Shown: positions 1-10,876, counted from the first letter of the stretch. The stretch is DNA of 32,000 bases from Alkalilimnicola ehrlichii MLHE-1 (GCF_000014785.1 NC_008340.1:1800001-1832000), one strand, 5' to 3'. Notes: generated by a model from the letters alone, not told the origin. Translations and numbers: made by a program.

Positions 1-933
1 ATCACCCAGGGCGGCCCAGTCCGCCGGGTCGGAGATGAAATCCACAATAACCCGGACCCGCTGCTCCTCCACCCCCAGGGCCGAAAACTTGGTGAAACCG
101 CTGGGCTCCACCCTTCGCACCACCCCGTCCAGGTCATCCCTCCCGCCCCAGCGCTGCAACGCAACCGCCATGCCCGGGCGGATGCGTACGGCATCGGCGG
201 AGAGCACCTCCACCTCCACCTCCAGCGCCTGCGGGTCCGCCAGCTCCAGGATCGGCTCGCCCGGCTGCACCACCCGCGCGCTCTCGAAATGGCGCGCCAG
301 CACCCGACCGCTGGCCGGTGCCTGGAGTTCGATGACCTCGGGGGTCTCCTCGTCCCGCTGCCCGGCAAACGCGAGCGCCAGTCGGGCCGCCTCCAGCTCC
401 GCCCGGGCGGCATTGACCCGGTGGCGCGCCGCGGCGACCGTGGCCTCGGCCTGCCGGGCCTGGGCCGCCGCCCGGTCCACGTCGTGCCGGGAGACCGCGC
501 CCCGCTCCCCGAGCCGGGACAGCCGCTCCTGTTCGCGGGCGGCGAAATCGGCACCGGCCCGGGCGGCCTGGTGCTCTTCGCCGGCCGTGGCCAGAGCCGC
601 CTCGGCAGCCTCAACACGGGCCTGCGCCTGCCGTTCGCTGCGCAGGTCGAGCGCCTGGGGCAACAACGGGTCGAGGCGTACCAGCACCTCCCCCGCCTGC
701 ACCGCATCGCCCACCTCCCACGCCACCCGGCGGGCGTGTGCCGGCACCGGGGCTGAGATGGCGTAGCGGTGCATGACCCGGGTCCGCCCCTCCTCCTCCA
801 CGGTCTGGTGCACGGCACCACGGCTCACCTCGGTGATATCCACCCAGACCGGCTGCGGCCGAAAGCCCAGGTAGAGCAGCAGGGCCGCCACCGCCAGGCC
901 GCCGATCCACACGGTCAGTCGCTTCCAATTCAT
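1..933 (-). CDS. HlyD-family periplasmic adaptor (membrane fusion protein); C-terminus lies beyond the window edge
   Basis: Absent from the ORF track because it has no stop in the window. My translation from ATG 933..931 gives MNWKRLTVWIGGLAVAALLLYLGFRPQPVWVDITEVSRGAVHQTVEEEGRTRV...GEVLVRLDP. An Ala/Arg/Glu-rich coiled-coil stretch follows (FAAREQERLSRLGERGAVSRHDVDRAAAQARQAEATVAAARHRVNAARAELEAARLAL), then ELQAPASGRVLARHFE...GEPILELAD. The order of N-terminal TM anchor, lipoyl-like half, coiled-coil hairpin and second lipoyl-like half is the MFP pattern. The frame stays open to base 1. The start lies 4 nt after the permease stop at 938. Confidence 0.8.
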   Translation of the reverse strand, partial: MNWKRLTVWIGGLAVAALLLYLGFRPQPVWVDITEVSRGAVHQTVEEEGRTRVMHRYAISAPVPAHARRVAWEVGDAVQAGEVLVRLDPLLPQALDLRSERQAQARVEAAEAALATAGEEHQAARAGADFAAREQERLSRLGERGAVSRHDVDRAAAQARQAEATVAAARHRVNAARAELEAARLALAFAGQRDEETPEVIELQAPASGRVLARHFESARVVQPGEPILELADPQALEVEVEVLSADAVRIRPGMAVALQRWGGRDDLDGVVRRVEPSGFTKFSALGVEEQRVRVIVDFISDPADWAALGD

Positions 934-937
934 GGCC

Positions 938-3307
938 TCATTCCCTGGTCTTCAGGACCTCGACAAGGTCCAGCCGGTCCAGCCGGCGTCGGACCACCCA
1001 GGCCGAGAGGAGGCCGGCGAGCACCACGATGAGCGCGGCGAACGCCATGCCTGACGGCGTGAGCACCACCGGCACCCGGTAGAGATCGGACTCGACGGCG
1101 CGGGCGACCCAGCCGTAGAGCAGCCAGCCGAGCAGGAAACCGGGCAGCAGTCCGGCCAGGATCAGCACCGCCTGTTCCCCCAGCAGGATGCGGGCGACCT
1201 CGCCCCGGGTAAAACCCAGCACCCGAAGGCTGGCCAACTCCCGGGCCCGCTCGGAGAGGCTGATCCGGGCACCGTTGTAGATCACTCCGAAGGCGATGCT
1301 GCCGGCCAGCAGGGTGGTGATGAAGGTGAACATCAACACCGTCTCCGCCAGGGTATCGTAAAAGCTGTCGATGGCGGCCTCGCGCTCGGCGATGCCAGCG
1401 ATACCGGGGCGTTCGCGCAGGGCCTCCACCACCGACGCCCGGTCGCCGGGGAGCAACTGCAGGCGCGCCCCGGAGACAGCGCTCCCCTCGCCCAGCAGGC
1501 GCTGGAGGGTCGCCAACGGCAGGTAGGCGTTCACCCCGATGAGCTCTGTGATCACGCCGCCCACCAGCAGTTCGTGTGACGTCCGGCGCCCCTCGAGAAA
1601 GGTTACCTGGAGCCGGTCCCCCGGCCGTACGTCCAGCTCCCGGGCCAGCCAGTCGGTCAGCAACAGGCCGTGCTCGGGCATCGGCTGCAGGCGCAAGTCC
1701 GTGTCCAGCAGGCGCCGCAGCTCCGCGCCGGGCTCCTGGCCCTGCAACGCCAGCCGCCAGGTGCGGTGGCCCGAGCGCAGCTCCACGCTGGCACTGCGCC
1801 AGGGCTCGACACGGACCACGCCCGGCAGGGCCTCCAGCTCGTGAACGGCCTTGCGGGCCGTGGGCTCGGTGAAGGTGACGGTGATATCGTCGCGCTCCAC
1901 CAGCCCGAAGTGGATGCCGACCATCTGGTGGATGGCGGCGTCCTGGAAGCGTCCCACCATCAGGATGGCACAGGCGAAGGCGACCCCGGTGATCCCCATC
2001 AGCGCGCGCACCGGGCGGCGCTCCAGGCTGCGCAGGATCATCCGCACCGGCTGGCTGAACCAGCGCTGCAGGCCCAGCCGCTCCACCACCGTGGCCCGGA
2101 AGGCGGGGGGCGGTTCCGGCTGCATGGCCACTGCGGGCGGCAGCACCACCGCCCGGCGCACCGCCAGCGCCACCGCCAGCAGGGCGGACGCCACGGTGAC
2201 CAGAGCGGCGATCACAAAGGCCCGCGGGCCAAGGTGGAAGCTCAGGTAGGGGAAGCGGAAGAACTCCGCATACATTGCCGCCATGCCACCCCCCAGCCAG
2301 AGCCCCACGCCCACCCCGATGACCAGCCCCAGGGCGACGATCATCAGCACCAGCCGGACATAGTGCAGACCGACCTCCAGGTTGCTGCGGCCAAAGGCCT
2401 TGAGGACCCCGATCTGCTCGCGCTGGGTACTGACCAGCCGCCCCACCACCACGTTGAGCAGGAAGGCCGCGACCCCGAGAAAGATGGCCGGAAACAGCGT
2501 CGCCAGGGTCTCCAGCCCGTTCAGTTCCTCCTCCAGGTAGCGATGGGAGAGCTGATCGGCACGGCCAATCGCACCCCGCCCGCCATAGCGCTCCAGCGCC
2601 GCATCCACGGCCTGGATGACGTCGCCCTCCCGCGCCCCCCGCTGCAGCCGCAGACTGACGTCATTGAACGCCCCCTCCATGTCGCGGGCGGCGGCCAGCG
2701 CGGTGCGGTTCATCCAGAGTACGCCGTAGCGCTCGTAGTCGGGCAGCATGGTACCGGGCTGGATCTGGTAGATGTGCTCCGGCGAGAGCGCGATCCCCAC
2801 CACCGTCAGCCGCTGGCGGTGCCCGTGGATGATGGCGCTCAGGGTATCGCCCGGGCGCAGCCCGTGGGCCTCGGCAAAGGCCTCGCTGGCCACCACCTCG
2901 CGGTCCATGCCCGCCTCCGGCAGGCGACCGGTGCGCAGGAACAGGGCGTTGAGCTCGCTGTTACGCCCGTCCGGCAGCGACTGCAGCCGCCCGGCCACCG
3001 GGTCCGGGAAGCCCGCCGGCTCCAGGTGGGCGGCGGCCACCACCCGGCTCTCCACCAACTGGACCCCGGGGATCGCCCGCAGGCTCTCCACCAGCGACTC
3101 CGGCGCCCGCTCCAGGCTGGCGAAGACGTGGCCGAAGCGGTAGTCGCGATAGAAGTCGTCCCGGGTCTGCTGCAGGGTGTCGATGATGGCCAGCGACATG
3201 ACCAGGGTGGCCACCCCGCCGCCGATCACCACCGCGATGGCCGCCGCCTGGCCACGCAGGTGCCAGAACTCGCGCAGCAGCATCCGGTAAAGGGCGGGCA
3301 GACGCAT
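938..3307 (-). CDS. Duplicated FtsX-type (MacB/LolC/YbbP-like, type VII) ABC transporter permease, 789 aa
   Basis: The full-length ORF has an N-terminal TM (AAAIAVVIGGGVATLVMSLAII), then a long hydrophilic domain, then a cluster of three TMs. This unit repeats once from about aa 430, where a TM (ALMGITGVAFACAILMVGRF) is followed by a large loop and three C-terminal TMs. The architecture and size resemble E. coli YbbP. The ATG overlaps the upstream stop (TGATG at 3305..3309). Confidence 0.8.
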   Translation of the reverse strand: MRLPALYRMLLREFWHLRGQAAAIAVVIGGGVATLVMSLAIIDTLQQTRDDFYRDYRFGHVFASLERAPESLVESLRAIPGVQLVESRVVAAAHLEPAGFPDPVAGRLQSLPDGRNSELNALFLRTGRLPEAGMDREVVASEAFAEAHGLRPGDTLSAIIHGHRQRLTVVGIALSPEHIYQIQPGTMLPDYERYGVLWMNRTALAAARDMEGAFNDVSLRLQRGAREGDVIQAVDAALERYGGRGAIGRADQLSHRYLEEELNGLETLATLFPAIFLGVAAFLLNVVVGRLVSTQREQIGVLKAFGRSNLEVGLHYVRLVLMIVALGLVIGVGVGLWLGGGMAAMYAEFFRFPYLSFHLGPRAFVIAALVTVASALLAVALAVRRAVVLPPAVAMQPEPPPAFRATVVERLGLQRWFSQPVRMILRSLERRPVRALMGITGVAFACAILMVGRFQDAAIHQMVGIHFGLVERDDITVTFTEPTARKAVHELEALPGVVRVEPWRSASVELRSGHRTWRLALQGQEPGAELRRLLDTDLRLQPMPEHGLLLTDWLARELDVRPGDRLQVTFLEGRRTSHELLVGGVITELIGVNAYLPLATLQRLLGEGSAVSGARLQLLPGDRASVVEALRERPGIAGIAEREAAIDSFYDTLAETVLMFTFITTLLAGSIAFGVIYNGARISLSERARELASLRVLGFTRGEVARILLGEQAVLILAGLLPGFLLGWLLYGWVARAVESDLYRVPVVLTPSGMAFAALIVVLAGLLSAWVVRRRLDRLDLVEVLKTRE

Positions 3308-4364
3308 CAGTACGCCCCGGGATGACCGAAGGCCGCCTCCAGGGCAATGAACAGCCGCCGCTCGGTCCGGAAGTCATCCTCCCGGTCCCGCCGGAGCTGC
3401 GGACGGATCTCCAGACTGAGCCAGTCGCGATGGATCACCGAGCGCCAGCGCACCTGGGCGTAGTATTGGGTGAGCTGGTTATTCGGTTCGCTCTCGCCCC
3501 GGGCACCCACCTGCCAGATCAGCGCCCGGCGTTGGGAGAGCTGCTGGTAATAGGAGACCCGTTGGTCGTAGTAGAACTGCTCTTCCCGCTTAAACCAGGT
3601 GGCCCCCGCCTCCAGCCGCACGGCACTGCGCCCAGTGACCGGGTGGTCCAGGCGGATGTCGGTCGTGGTGCCCGCGCCCCGTCCGTCGTACCAGAACACC
3701 GCCTGGCGGGGACGGATCACCCACAGCCCCGGCTGAAAGGCGCGCCAGACCCGGGCCCGGGTGTAGAGGTCCACCGGGCTGCCGGAGCGCAGGCGGGCGT
3801 CCACCGACGTGGACCAGTTCTCGCTCGGGCGCAGGAAGAGCAACCCCGCGCTGGTGGTGCGGTCCTCGTCCAGGTCCCGCGGCACGCCCCGCTCGGCATC
3901 CACCTCGTCGTCATAGTCATCGCTGGTGATGATCAGGCTCAGGCGATCCTGGGCCCCGGGCAGGCGCAGACGGCCGGAGACCCCGGCCTCCAACCGGCTG
4001 TCACCCTCGGCGCTGAGGCGCTGCTCCAGGCGCAGCCGGGCCACCGAGTCGTACTCCTCGTCCGCGTAGAGTTCGTCATCGGTCCCCAGCATCCGGTCCA
4101 ACTGCCGGGAGAGCAGAAAGACCCCGCGGGCCACGGCGGCCTGGCCCCGATCCACCGGTCCGATCAGGGCGCGCTCCTCATCCTCCTCCGGATACCACTC
4201 CGTGGCGGGGTCATCGCGAACGTGGCGTTCCTCCCGCCGCCTGCTCTCGGCGGCCGCTTCCGCTTCGGCGGCCGCCTCGGGGTCGGCGCCCTCGGCAACC
4301 GCCGCGGCCGGCAGGCCGACCGCCAGTGCCAACCCGACCAGCAGGCGCCCGGCATAACGCACGC

Positions 4365-4371
<7 letters not shown>
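3307..4371 (-). CDS. Secreted protein of unknown family, probable outer-membrane beta-barrel, 354 aa
   Basis: It has an SPase-I type signal peptide ([28 protein letters not shown]) and no Cys. The N-terminal linker is acidic and low-complexity ([22 protein letters not shown]). About 250 aa of alternating hydrophobic/polar strand-like segments follow ([101 protein letters not shown]). The C-terminal residue is aromatic (..GAY). Its start overlaps the ATPase stop by 7 nt (ATGGTGA), and its stop overlaps the permease start. Confidence 0.6.
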
Positions 4372-5075
<704 letters not shown>

Positions 5076-5111
5076 CCGGCCTCCTTCTGCCGCCTGCCCC
5101 GTGCCGCCGGG

Positions 5112-7244
5112 TCAGCCGTCCTGCCCTTGAGTATCGTACGGGCCTTCCGCTTCGGCGAGCCCGTAGACGTGCAGCAGAAAGACGTACCGTCGCGCCACTT
5201 CCTGCAGGTACTCGAAACGCCCGCCCGGGCCGCCGTGACCGGCGCTCATATTGGTGTCGAGCAGCAGCAGCCGGTCCTGCGGCCAGACCTCACGCAACCG
5301 GGCCACCCACTTGGCCGGTTCCCAATAGGTCACCCGCGGGTCGCTGACCCCGGCGGTGACCAATAGGTGCGGGTAGCGCCGGGGGGCCACGTTGTCGTAG
5401 GGCGACCAGCTGAGGATGCGGTGGTAGGCGGCTTCGTCCTCCACCGGATTGCCCCACTCCGGCCATTCCGGCGGGGTGAGCGGCAGGGAGGGGTCGAGCA
5501 TGGTGTTGAGCACGTCCACGAAGGGCACGGCGGCCACCGCCGCATGAAAGAGCTCCGGGCGCTGGTTGAGCACCGCCCCCACCAGCAACCCGCCGGCACT
5601 GCCACCGAACAGCGCCAAGCGGCCGGCGCCGGTATAGCCCTGGTCGATCAGGGCCTCGGCACAGGCGATGGTATCGCTGAAGGTGTTCTGCTTGTGCTCG
5701 CGCCGGCCCTGCCGGTACCAGCGCTGGCCGCGTTCCTTGCCGCCCCGTACGTGGGCGATGGCGAACACGAAGCCGCGATCCAGCAGCGACAGCCGGTGGG
5801 GGCTGAAAGCCGCCTCACTGGTCATGCCGTAGGCACCGTAGGCGTAGAGCAGCAGGGGCGTGCCGGGGTCGGGCTGCAGGTCCGCCCGGTGCACCAGGGA
5901 GATCGGGACCCGCTCGCCGTCCGGCGCGGTGGCGTAGGTGCGGTTGGCCGTATAAGCGGCCGGGTCGTGGCCGGAGGGGATCGGCTGGCGTTTGCGCAGC
6001 ACGCGGCTGGCCTCACGCAGGTCGTGGTCGTGGACCTCGGTCGGGGTGGTGAGGCTGCTCCAGACGGTGCGTAGGGTGTCGGTGCGGTATTCGTAGCCGG
6101 CCACCAGACCCAGATCGCAGGGTTCGTCGCCGAAGTCCAGGCGCCGGGTCGCCCCGTCCGCCCAGGGCCGATAGTAAATGGCCGGCTGCGCATCGGCCAT
6201 CTCGCTCCAGATCAGCCAGTCCTGCAACACGTGCAGGTCGCGGATGAGGCGGCCCGGACGGTGGGGCACCAGATCGGTCCAGCGCCCGGTATCCGCCGGG
6301 GCATCCAGCGGCGCGGCCACGATGCGGAAGTCCTCCGCTTCGCAATTGGTGAGCAGGATCCAGCGCTGGTCGTGATCCAGGGCGGCGTATTCCTGCTCCG
6401 GCGCGCGGGGGATCAGGCAGCGCGGGGGCTGGTCCGGGTCCCCGGCCGGTATCACCCACTGTTCGTTGCTGCCGTGACCGTGGCAGTCGATGAGCAGGAA
6501 GCGGCCGCTCTGGGTGCGGCCCAGGCTCAGGAAATAGCCGGGGTCCGCCTCCTCGTAGACCACCGGCCCCGGGCGGTCGCCGCCGACGTCCTCGCCCAAC
6601 CGGTGCCGGCGCACCCGGCGGGGCCGGTGCTCCTCATCCCCCTCGATCCACAGGAGCGTCCGGCTGTCGGCGGCCCATTCGAAATCACCCCGGACATTCT
6701 CCAGGCAATCAGGGAGGAGTTCCCCCGTTTCGGTGTCGAGAAACCGGATCTGCAGCGTCTCGGACCCGGTAAGGTCCTCGCTGAAGGCCAGATAGCGGTG
6801 ATCGGGGCTGTGGCCCCAGGCCGCCAGATCGTAGTAACTGCAACCGTCGGCCCGGGCGTCGGCGTCCAGCAGGACCTGCTCGCGCCGGTCATCGGCGTCC
6901 TCCCGCGGCCGGCGGCAGATGAGCGAGTGCTCGGCCCCCGGACGGAACCGCCAGTAGTACGCCCACGGCCCGTCGGGCAGGGGCACCCCGCGATCGTCCT
7001 CGGCCAGACGCCCCCGCAGCTCCGCCACCAGTCGCTCATGCAAGGGCTGCAGCGGCCCAAGGACGCGCTCGGTGTGGCGGTTCTCTGTCTCCAGCCAGGC
7101 CCGGATCTCCGGGTGGAGATGGGCCGGATCGGCCATGGCCTCGCGCCACTCCGGGTCGCGCAGCCAGGCCCAGGGGTCCTCGCGGCGGTGGCCGTGGCGC
7201 CGGTCCTTGACGGGGGCTTTATCCAATGGACTCCTTTCGTTCAT
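5112..7244 (-). CDS. ptrB: Oligopeptidase B / protease II (S9A prolyl oligopeptidase family)
   Basis: This 710-aa ORF has an N-terminal beta-propeller region with ..DPWAWLRD.. and a C-terminal alpha/beta peptidase domain. The nucleophile motif is GGSAGGLL, followed by ..GVSDPRV.. and ..SAGHGG.. for the Asp and His. A possible alternative TTG start lies at 7226, after an AGGAG. Confidence 0.88.
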   Translation of the reverse strand: MNERSPLDKAPVKDRRHGHRREDPWAWLRDPEWREAMADPAHLHPEIRAWLETENRHTERVLGPLQPLHERLVAELRGRLAEDDRGVPLPDGPWAYYWRFRPGAEHSLICRRPREDADDRREQVLLDADARADGCSYYDLAAWGHSPDHRYLAFSEDLTGSETLQIRFLDTETGELLPDCLENVRGDFEWAADSRTLLWIEGDEEHRPRRVRRHRLGEDVGGDRPGPVVYEEADPGYFLSLGRTQSGRFLLIDCHGHGSNEQWVIPAGDPDQPPRCLIPRAPEQEYAALDHDQRWILLTNCEAEDFRIVAAPLDAPADTGRWTDLVPHRPGRLIRDLHVLQDWLIWSEMADAQPAIYYRPWADGATRRLDFGDEPCDLGLVAGYEYRTDTLRTVWSSLTTPTEVHDHDLREASRVLRKRQPIPSGHDPAAYTANRTYATAPDGERVPISLVHRADLQPDPGTPLLLYAYGAYGMTSEAAFSPHRLSLLDRGFVFAIAHVRGGKERGQRWYRQGRREHKQNTFSDTIACAEALIDQGYTGAGRLALFGGSAGGLLVGAVLNQRPELFHAAVAAVPFVDVLNTMLDPSLPLTPPEWPEWGNPVEDEAAYHRILSWSPYDNVAPRRYPHLLVTAGVSDPRVTYWEPAKWVARLREVWPQDRLLLLDTNMSAGHGGPGGRFEYLQEVARRYVFLLHVYGLAEAEGPYDTQGQDG

Positions 7245-8831
7245 TCAGTTACCTGCATCACTATTTTCATCCTGTTTCAGCATCTCCGCCACGCGGGCGC
7301 GATCGATCTTTCCGGCACCGGTCAGCGGCAGGGCGTCGACGAAGCGCCAGTGGCGGGGGCGCTTGAAACGGGCCAGCCGCAGGGCCGCGTGCGCCTCCAG
7401 ATCGGCCACCCCGGGGGGCGAGCCGTTGGTGACCACCAGGGCCCCGGGCACCTGTCCCCAGTGGGGATGGGGCACGCCGGCCACGGCGGCGGCGCTCACC
7501 CCCGGGTGGGTATTGAGCACCGTCTCGATCTCCTCGGGCGCGATGTTCTCACCCCCGCTCACGAAGACGTTGTCGGCCCGACCCACCAGGGTGACCCGAC
7601 CGCAGGCGTCGGCCCGCGCCATATCGCCAGTCCAGACCCAGCCGCCCTCCCGGAACACCCGATCCGTGCGGTCGGGGTCGTCGAGATAACCGTCGAAACA
7701 GTGCGGGCTGCGCAGTTCCAGCACCCCCGTCTCGCCCGGGGCCACTACCGTGCCCTCGTCCGGATGGGTGATGCGGTAGTCGGTGTGGAACATGCTCTGC
7801 CCGATACTGTGGCGCAGCTCCCAGATGCCATCGGCCTCCAGCCCGTCGGTGACCAGCATGAAGTTGGACGGCCCGCCCTCGGTCAGCCCGTAGGACTGGG
7901 CCACCGGGATGCCGCGCTCCACCCACGGGCGCATGGTGGCCTCACCGCAGGGCGCCCCGGCGGTGGTGATGCCTTCCAGGGTGGAGAGATCCGTATCGGC
8001 GAAGGCGGGGTGCTTGCTCATCAACTGGAGCATGGCCTCGACCCCGCCGAAGTGGGTGATGCCCTCCGCGGCGATCAGTTCCAGCGCCCGCCCCGGATCA
8101 AACTCGCGCATCAGGACGCTGTACCCGCCGGCGTAGTAGACCGGCGTCAGGGTGTTCCAACCGCCGATGTGGAAGAAGGGGAAGGTGACCAGCTCGCGCT
8201 GGGGCCCCAGCGCCCCGCCGGAGGTCGCCAGGATATCGATGGCGTTCCAGGTCATCTGCCGGTGGCTGATGGGGCAGATCTTCGGCTTGCCGGTGGTGCC
8301 GCCGGTGTGGATATAGAGATAGGGCGCCTGCATGGGCAGGGGGCGGTTGGCCGGTTGCTCGGGCGAAGTGAGCACCCGGCGCTGCCAGACCTCCCCCGCC
8401 TCGTCCAGGGCCAGCCGGCGGCGTACGCTGGGCGGCAGATCCAGCGACTCGGCCAGGGCCGCCAGCGCCTCCTCGTGCATAAAGGCGCTGGGCGCCATGC
8501 GGGCCAGCAGGTCGTTCAACTCGGGGGCGGCCAGGCGGAAACTCAGTGGTGTCAGCACCACCCCGGTCTTGCCACAGGCCAGGTAGAGGTCCACCAGCTC
8601 CAGCCGGTTGCGGCAAAGCACCGCGAAGCGCTCGCCCGGGGCCAGGCCCAGGGTGTCGGTCAGCCACCGCCCGGTGCGGTCGGCACGGGCATTCATCTGG
8701 GCGAAGGTCAGCGGCGGCCCCGCGTCCGGATCATGCACGGCGGGTTTGTCCGGGGTCAGTGCGGCGCGCCGCCCGGCCCAGTCTCCCACCCAGTTCATGG
8801 GCAGGCTGTCGTAGTCGTTGCGCTCGCTCAT
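7245..8831 (-). CDS. AMP-dependent acyl-CoA synthetase/ligase
   Basis: The AMP-binding core motif is YIHTGGTTGKPK, with GYGLTE-like SYGLTEGG, and the C-terminus carries LPLTGAGKIDR. The track ORF begins at a GTG at 9032. I prefer the ATG at 8831 (MSERNDYDSLPMNW..), which has GGAGG 4 nt upstream and avoids overlap with the divergent tatD. The stop (7245..7247) directly abuts the ptrB ATG (TGAATG). Confidence 0.85.
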   Translation of the reverse strand: MSERNDYDSLPMNWVGDWAGRRAALTPDKPAVHDPDAGPPLTFAQMNARADRTGRWLTDTLGLAPGERFAVLCRNRLELVDLYLACGKTGVVLTPLSFRLAAPELNDLLARMAPSAFMHEEALAALAESLDLPPSVRRRLALDEAGEVWQRRVLTSPEQPANRPLPMQAPYLYIHTGGTTGKPKICPISHRQMTWNAIDILATSGGALGPQRELVTFPFFHIGGWNTLTPVYYAGGYSVLMREFDPGRALELIAAEGITHFGGVEAMLQLMSKHPAFADTDLSTLEGITTAGAPCGEATMRPWVERGIPVAQSYGLTEGGPSNFMLVTDGLEADGIWELRHSIGQSMFHTDYRITHPDEGTVVAPGETGVLELRSPHCFDGYLDDPDRTDRVFREGGWVWTGDMARADACGRVTLVGRADNVFVSGGENIAPEEIETVLNTHPGVSAAAVAGVPHPHWGQVPGALVVTNGSPPGVADLEAHAALRLARFKRPRHWRFVDALPLTGAGKIDRARVAEMLKQDENSDAGN

Positions 8832-9016
8832 GCGCCCTCCAGGGATCTGGTCTACCGTTGCCGGCCGCACCCCGGGCCGGCGCCCGATGTCCGGGCCCCG
8901 CGACGGCCCTGCCGGAAGTCTCGCGGCAAACCGACGCGCAAGGCAAGCGCCCATCTGGCCAGCGGGCACCGGAAAAGGGATAATTGCCGCCCGTTTCCTG
9001 GCAGCAAGAGGGTCCC

Positions 9017-9817
9017 ATGAGCGACGCGGCACTGGAACTGGTGGATATCGGCGCCAACCTCAGCCACTCCTCCTTCCGCAAGGACCTGGACGAGGTCCTG
9101 GAGGAGGCGGCCCGGGTCGGCGTGCAAACGCTGATTGTCACCGGCGCCAACGCCAAGAGCGCGGTGGACGGTCTGGCGCTGGCGCGCCGCCATCCCGAGC
9201 GCCTGCGGGCCACCGCCGGCTTTCACCCCCATCACGCCGCGGAGTGGCACGGCGAGTCCGAGGCGCTGCTGCGAGAGCTGGCCGCCGACCCGCTGCTGGT
9301 GTCCGTCGGCGAGACCGGGCTCGATTTCTACCGCGACATCTCGCCACGACCGGTGCAGGAGCGGGTCTTCGAGCGCCACCTGGAGCTCGCCTGCGAGCTG
9401 AAACTGCCCGTCTTCCTCCACCAGCGCGAGGCCCACGAACGGTTCCGCGACATGGTCCGCGCCTATCGCGACGATCTGGTGGACGGCATCGCCCACTGCT
9501 TCACCGGCGACCGCCGCATGCTCCATGAGTACCTGGACCTGGGCCTGCACATCGGCATAACCGGCTGGGTCTGTGACGAGCGCCGGGGCCAGGCCCTGCG
9601 CGAGTGCGTCGCGGACATCCCCCTGGACCGGTTGATGATCGAGACCGACTGCCCCTATCTGATGCCGCGCACCATCCGGCCTCGGCCCAAGACGCGCCGC
9701 AATGTGCCGGCCCACCTTCCCTACGTGCTGGACGAGGTGGCAACGCTGACCGGCCACAACCGGGCCACCATCGCCAGGGCCACCACCACCAACGCCCGGC
9801 GCTTCTTCCGCCTGTAG
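9017..9817 (+). CDS. tatD: TatD-family metal-dependent hydrolase (3'-5' exonuclease TatD-like)
   Basis: MSDAALELVDIGANLSHSSFRKDLDEVL..TAGFHPHHA.. matches the TatD N-terminus and His motifs. The ATG at 9017 is preceded by AAGAGGG. The track ORF starts 33 nt earlier. Confidence 0.85.
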   Translation: MSDAALELVDIGANLSHSSFRKDLDEVLEEAARVGVQTLIVTGANAKSAVDGLALARRHPERLRATAGFHPHHAAEWHGESEALLRELAADPLLVSVGETGLDFYRDISPRPVQERVFERHLELACELKLPVFLHQREAHERFRDMVRAYRDDLVDGIAHCFTGDRRMLHEYLDLGLHIGITGWVCDERRGQALRECVADIPLDRLMIETDCPYLMPRTIRPRPKTRRNVPAHLPYVLDEVATLTGHNRATIARATTTNARRFFRL

Positions 9818-9844
9818 CCCGGCGGGCCCCGGCCCGGTCGCCGC

Positions 9845-10876
9845 TCAGGCGACGGCCGGGGCCTCCGGGACCAGCGCCAGCGCCTGCTCGATTACCTCGG
9901 GGCCGGCCCCGCTCCGGTGCGCCTGTTCGCTGATATGGCGCCGCCAGCGCCGGCCACCGGGGCAGCCGTTGAACAGCCCCAGGATATGGCGCGCGAGGTG
10001 CTGCAGTCGGGCCCCGCCCGCCAGCTCCGTCTCGACATAGGGCAGAAAGGCGCGCACGGCGGCGTGGCGGTCAGGCACCCCGGCCCCGGCGGCACCGAAC
10101 AGGGCCCGGTCCCAGCCGGCCAGCGCCCAGGGGTTGGTGTAGGCCTCGCGCCCCACCATGGCCCCGTCCAAGCCCCGGTCCAGGGTCTCCAGCAGAGTTT
10201 CGGTCCGGGTGATGCCGCCGTTGAGGATCACCTCCAGGGCCGGGAAGTCGCGCTTGAGCCGATAGACCCGCCCGTAGTCCAGCGGCGGGACCTCCCGGTT
10301 CTCCTTCGGGCTCAACCCCTGCAGCCAGGCCTTGCGCGCATGCACATAGAAGGTGCGGCACCCGGCCGCCGCCACCTGATCGACGAAGCCGGTCAGGTGG
10401 TCGTAGCTGTCCAGATGGTCCACCCCGATCCGGTGCTTGACCGTGACCGGCAGCCGGGTGCTCTCCGCCATGGCCGCCACGCAGTCCGCCACCCGGCCCG
10501 GGTCGGCCATCAGGCAGGCGCCGAACGCGCCCGCCTGCACCCGGTCGCTGGGGCAGCCGACGTTGAGATTGACCTCGTCGTAGCTCCAGGCTTCCGCCAG
10601 CCGCGCACAGTGGGCCAGTTGCTCCGGATCCGACCCGCCGAACTGGACCGCCAGGGGCCGTTCGGCCGCGCTGTAGGCCAGGAACCGCTCCGGGTCGTTG
10701 TGCCACACCGCCAGTGCCGGGACCATCTCCGTGAACAGCAGCGTGCGCGGCGCCAGCAGGCGCAGGAAGTAACGCGCATGGCGGTCCGTCCACTCCATCA
10801 TGGGGGCCACCGACAGCCGGCGGTCCGGCTCGGTCGCGCCCGGGGTAACGGTTGTCTGGGTTGCAGTGGGGGGCAT
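9845..10876 (-). CDS. dusA: tRNA-dihydrouridine(20/20a) synthase DusA
   Basis: The DusA signature region is LSVAPMMEWTDRHARYFLRLL and the fold is a TIM barrel (..NLNVGCPSDRV..HARKAWL..). The real start is most likely the ATG at 10876 (MPPTATQ..). The 126 upstream codons of the track ORF are low-complexity read-through. Confidence 0.88.
   Translation of the reverse strand: MPPTATQTTVTPGATEPDRRLSVAPMMEWTDRHARYFLRLLAPRTLLFTEMVPALAVWHNDPERFLAYSAAERPLAVQFGGSDPEQLAHCARLAEAWSYDEVNLNVGCPSDRVQAGAFGACLMADPGRVADCVAAMAESTRLPVTVKHRIGVDHLDSYDHLTGFVDQVAAAGCRTFYVHARKAWLQGLSPKENREVPPLDYGRVYRLKRDFPALEVILNGGITRTETLLETLDRGLDGAMVGREAYTNPWALAGWDRALFGAAGAGVPDRHAAVRAFLPYVETELAGGARLQHLARHILGLFNGCPGGRRWRRHISEQAHRSGAGPEVIEQALALVPEAPAVA

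Noticed and set aside
35-766. 243-aa plus-strand ORF at the left edge, and the overlapping 155-aa ORF
   Set aside because: Both are Ser/Ala/Arg-rich nonsense. The opposite strand encodes a convincing HlyD-type adaptor in frame from 933 to 1.
6231-9020. 929-aa plus-strand ORF spanning the ptrB/ligase junction
   Set aside because: It is antisense to two genes with clear catalytic motifs. Its translation is Arg/Gly/Pro/Ala-rich low complexity with no motif. Long stop-free antisense frames are expected at this GC content.
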